In this document: in pieces, positions 60,806 through 64,000 of the stretch
Layout: each line of letters opens with the position of its first letter
Position numbering within the stretch: the first letter of the stretch is position 1
From: Vulcanimicrobiota bacterium
GTDB taxonomy: Bacteria > Vulcanimicrobiota > Vulcanimicrobiia > Vulcanimicrobiales > Vulcanimicrobiaceae
Assembly (NCBI GenBank): GCA_963833095.1
Contig: CAWHWQ010000002.1
Location: 192,001-256,000 of the forward strand
Direction: 5' to 3'
Length of the DNA: 64,000 bases
Notes under the pieces: generated by a model
The model's input: only the letters and a program-made list of their open reading frames with translations
What the model was told of the DNA's origin: nothing
The model's database searches: none
Program-made: the position numbers and the translations under genes

Positions 60806-61548
60806 GGAAGCACTGCACCATCGAGTGAGTTATGTGATTTATCCTCGAGCAGCGACGCACCGACTCTTGCGCACGTACGCTCGCCGTCACGATCGCGATC
60901 GCAGAGCTGCGCTCCGGTAAAGACGGCGCCGCGAACCGAGGCGCCGCGCAGATCCAGGCAGACGACCTCACGCTGAATCGTGACGCCATCCACTTCATCC
61001 GCGTTGTGCGTGCAGACCCATGCATTGCGAAATGAGGTACCGTCGACGCGCGCATCCTGCATGTCGGCGCCGACGACGTCATCGCCGTCAAAGATCGCGC
61101 CCGAAAGATTGCCGCGACGGAAGCTCGCGCCGACGAAACCGGCGCCGGTCAAATTCTGGCCGTGAAGGTCGACGTCGCCGAAGTTCGCACCGGTGAACTC
61201 CGCCCCGTTCAATTTTGCGCCCTCGAGGCGCGCGCCGCGCAGGTTGGCGCCTACGAGTTTTGCGCCACGCAGGTCCGCGTTGCGCAGGTCGGCGCCTTCG
61301 AGATTCGACCCGGTGAGGCGCGCATCGCGCAAGTTCGCCGAACCAAGATCGCTTTCGCGAAGGTTCGTCCCAACATAGTCGACGCCGTGAAGATCCGCAC
61401 CGTGCAAATTCATGTGTGAGAGATTGCAGCCGACGCAGCGGTTTGGAATGCCGGCAGCGCGCGCTGCCGGCGCTCCGGCTGCTATGGCAATTACCGCGCC
61501 GGCGAGGCCCAGGTTTCGAATGAGTGCGATCACTTTGAGTGCCGTCAT
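60802..61548 (-). CDS. Secreted pentapeptide-repeat protein
   Basis: Signal, CVGC cap and many A(D/N)LxX repeats. Start at 61548 or 61578. Confidence 0.88.
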   Translation of the reverse strand: MTALKVIALIRNLGLAGAVIAIAAGAPAARAAGIPNRCVGCNLSHMNLHGADLHGVDYVGTNLRESDLGSANLRDARLTGSNLEGADLRNADLRGAKLVGANLRGARLEGAKLNGAEFTGANFGDVDLHGQNLTGAGFVGASFRRGNLSGAIFDGDDVVGADMQDARVDGTSFRNAWVCTHNADEVDGVTIQREVVCLDLRGASVRGAVFTGAQLCDRDRDGERTCARVGASLLEDKSHNSLDGAVLP

Positions 61549-61643
61549 TGTTGCCGGTTCTACCTTTCTCGAATCCATGAAGAGTCAAAACGATACCCGG
61601 GGCGCAGTTCGCCCATATCGTTACGAGGAGTTATGAAGGGTGT

Positions 61644-63593
61644 CTAAGGGCCGGTGAGGGACGCTCCCGAAAAATCACATCCAATGAACTTGGTGTCGTC
61701 CGTGTTCGCGCCCCGTAGGTCCGCGCCGGAGAAATCGACCCCACTGAAAATCGCGCCGGCAAGATTTGCTCCGCGGAGATTTGCATGGCTGAGGTCCACG
61801 CCCGTGAGCTTGATACCGCGCAAGTCCATGCCGCTGAGATTCGCGCCGTGCAAATCGCAACCGCTGCAACGCGGTAGATACGCCCGGATCTGCGCTTGCG
61901 AGAGCGTGCGCACATCGATATCAGAGCCGCTCAGATTGGCGCGATCGAGATTTGCACCGTCGAGCTTTGCACCGGCGAGATTGGCGCCGGACAGATTCGC
62001 CCCGTTGAAGGAAGCGTTGCGCAGATCCGCACCTTCGAAGTCGACACCGCTGAGATTAGCCCCGTTGAAGTTTGCACTTTGAAGATTCGAGTGGCTGAAA
62101 TCAGAGCCCGTCAAATTCGAGCCCGCGAAGTTCTTGCCCGAGAGATTCTGGTTCTCAAAATCACACCCCGAACAGTTCATTCCGCCGTGGACGTCGCCGA
62201 CCGACGCAACGACGCGCAACGGCTTGAGCGCCTTCGATAGCGACGAGTCGACCTCGGATGAGATCCTCGACGCCAATCCCGCCGTCGAGGCGGCGATTGA
62301 CGTCGCCTGCGCGGCCGATTTCTCGGCGATCGCCTTGACCTTCGCCGGCGCCATGGTCACGCTAACGTTCGGAATCGTGAGCGAGACCTGCGGTAAAGTC
62401 ATCGCAATTTTGGGCGCAGTTACCTTGAACGGCGCAATGACAGGTGCGGCGGGCGCTGCGGCGACGGCCGGGGGACACGGCATCGCAAACGCCACGACCG
62501 GCGTCAGCGAAAACGCTAACAAATACCCGGCGACGAGTCCCACGGCGACGAGTGTAGCCGTTGCGGGCGAGATCGACGAGCCGATTGCGCGACCCGTGCG
62601 CAAGAGCCGCTCGATGCGGATCGAGATGTTCTTGCGCGTCGTGAACACGCCCGGCGCCGCGAGCGGCTGGTGCGGCCACGAGGTTCTCTCGGCCATTTTC
62701 GTGAGGCAAAAGGCGTAGGTCCGCACTGCGCCGGTCAGCTCGAGAACGTAGTCGTCGCACGCGACCTCGCGTTCGATGTCCATCTGGCGCGCGATGAACC
62801 ACACTGCCGGGTTGAAGAACAGCAGGGCGCTAATGACCCGCTGCAAGCCGTTGCTCCAATCGTCATGGCGCAGCAAGTGCGCAAGCTCATGCAAACTGAT
62901 CTGATCGATTTCTTGAGCATCGAACTCCGCCAACAAATGCTGCGGCAAGAGGACCATCGCATCGAACAGACCCACCGCGACGGGGACTTCGATTCCGTCG
63001 GTGACGCAGATGCGGACGTCGCGATCGCGCGCATCGAGGCGCTGCCATTGCACGAGCTGATCGCGGTACTCCATCCCGAGGGGCATCGCGTCTTGCTTGA
63101 GGCGTTCGAGACGAATCAGGGCAATGGTAAGGCGCGCAACGAGAGCAAGGGCCGCAATGCCCCACGCCGTGAAGAAAATCGTAAGGATGAGGAACGGCAG
63201 GTTCACGTGCAAGTCTGGGATGCGAGGCAGGCTCATACTGCCGCCTTGGGAGTACCTCGCTCCGCTCGCAGAACTTCGGGGTTGCCTCGCTTCGCTCGCT
63301 TTTGTCTTTGTGCGCTCGCTGCGCGAGGCAACGCCCTCAGCGTTGGATGATTGCGTGGTAGTCGTCGCGGGTAGGGTGTAGGACGAGACACGCGATAGGC
63401 TGGTTGCGATCGGTACGACGAGCACCGCGACGAGTGCGACCGTCCACGCCGCATAACGCGTTGACGCGTTCACTTGCGGAAATACGCGCAATGCGAGCCA
63501 CGTTAATCCGGCGATTGCCGCCCCCTGCCAAAGGCCGTTCACCAGTACGACAAGCGCGACGCGGGCAATGATTTCAAACAGTGACGGATGCAT
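61644..63593 (-). CDS. BlaR1/M56 metallopeptidase sensor with C-terminal pentapeptide repeats
   Basis: TM N-terminus, HELAH zincin motif, FFNPAVW and EREVACD, then two CSGC-capped pentapeptide blocks. Confidence 0.9.
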   Translation of the reverse strand: MHPSLFEIIARVALVVLVNGLWQGAAIAGLTWLALRVFPQVNASTRYAAWTVALVAVLVVPIATSLSRVSSYTLPATTTTQSSNAEGVASRSERTKTKASEARQPRSSASGARYSQGGSMSLPRIPDLHVNLPFLILTIFFTAWGIAALALVARLTIALIRLERLKQDAMPLGMEYRDQLVQWQRLDARDRDVRICVTDGIEVPVAVGLFDAMVLLPQHLLAEFDAQEIDQISLHELAHLLRHDDWSNGLQRVISALLFFNPAVWFIARQMDIEREVACDDYVLELTGAVRTYAFCLTKMAERTSWPHQPLAAPGVFTTRKNISIRIERLLRTGRAIGSSISPATATLVAVGLVAGYLLAFSLTPVVAFAMPCPPAVAAAPAAPVIAPFKVTAPKIAMTLPQVSLTIPNVSVTMAPAKVKAIAEKSAAQATSIAASTAGLASRISSEVDSSLSKALKPLRVVASVGDVHGGMNCSGCDFENQNLSGKNFAGSNLTGSDFSHSNLQSANFNGANLSGVDFEGADLRNASFNGANLSGANLAGAKLDGANLDRANLSGSDIDVRTLSQAQIRAYLPRCSGCDLHGANLSGMDLRGIKLTGVDLSHANLRGANLAGAIFSGVDFSGADLRGANTDDTKFIGCDFSGASLTGP

Positions 63594-63597
63594 GGTT

Positions 63598-63978
63598 TTA
63601 TGCGTCCTCGTAACGTTCGATGAGTGAACGCAACCGCGCAAGCTCCTCGTTCGAGGGCCGCTCATTCTCGATCAAACGAAGCGCCAGCGCGCCGGTGCTG
63701 TTGCCGAAGAATTTCTCGACCACATTCTTGACGGCGCTTCCGGCTGCGGCGTCGCGGGCAACGAGCGGACGATAGACGAACGCGCGGCCGGCTTCCTCGT
63801 GCGAGACGTGGCCCTTTTGCTCCAAAATACGCAGGGTGGTGAGCACGCTGTTGTACGCCAGCGGCGGCGGAGGGAGCGCTTCGGTGACTTCAGCAACGGT
63901 AGCGCGTTCGAGGCGCCAAAGCACCTCCATGATGCGCAATTCAGCTTCGGTGAGCGTTGGTGAGGGGCGACGGGGCAT
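63598..63978 (-). CDS. BlaI/MecI/CopY family repressor
   Basis: LTEAELRIMEVLW, LAYNSVLTTLRILEQKG, RAFVYRP and FFGNS motifs. Confidence 0.93.
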   Translation of the reverse strand: MPRRPSPTLTEAELRIMEVLWRLERATVAEVTEALPPPPLAYNSVLTTLRILEQKGHVSHEEAGRAFVYRPLVARDAAAGSAVKNVVEKFFGNSTGALALRLIENERPSNEELARLRSLIERYEDA

Positions 63979-64000
63979 GCCGGGTTCTCCTATCTCCTAA

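Noticed and set aside
60802..62180. 15-bp periodic repeats as a possible VNTR or DGR
   Set aside because: Explained by pentapeptide coding repeats. No reverse transcriptase and no adenine-specific TR/VR pair.

Overview
GC-rich bacterial chromosomal window with about 60 genes. It has diderm envelope genes (LptF/G, LptD-like, Lnt) together with Terrabacteria-type traits: a short S1, a polA-mutM-rpsA-coaE order, a GAAC-N4-GTTC SOS box, a SigB-like promoter and many Ser/Pro-rich secreted proteins. This fits Ca. Eremiobacterota/Vulcanimicrobiota, but that is inference only. Contents in order: Mo/W ABC transporter with regulators; PPK2; envelope cluster; KGG stress proteins; two converging glycogen/glycoside operons; coaE; an accessory island; rpsA, mutM and polA; a macroglobulin-domain protein; pntAB; RidA; NAT; a peptide SBP; a VapBC45-like toxin-antitoxin pair; Lrp-kdd-kamA; and a BlaI/M56 operon. 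Many genes carry clustered single-base frameshifts, probably long-read errors. I saw no rRNA, tRNA, CRISPR array or intact transposase. Most notable: (1) an island between rpsA and coaE holding an apparently recombination-shuffled array of paralogous two-cysteine secreted proteins, with a 59-bp copied lipoprotein signal sequence; (2) a BlaI/BlaR1-type system whose sensor is a CxxC-capped pentapeptide-repeat domain, followed by a secreted look-alike and an outer-membrane protein; (3) a toxin-antitoxin module preceded by a perfect SOS box; (4) a TetR fused to a transposase/integrase-like N-terminal domain, with an upstream direct repeat.
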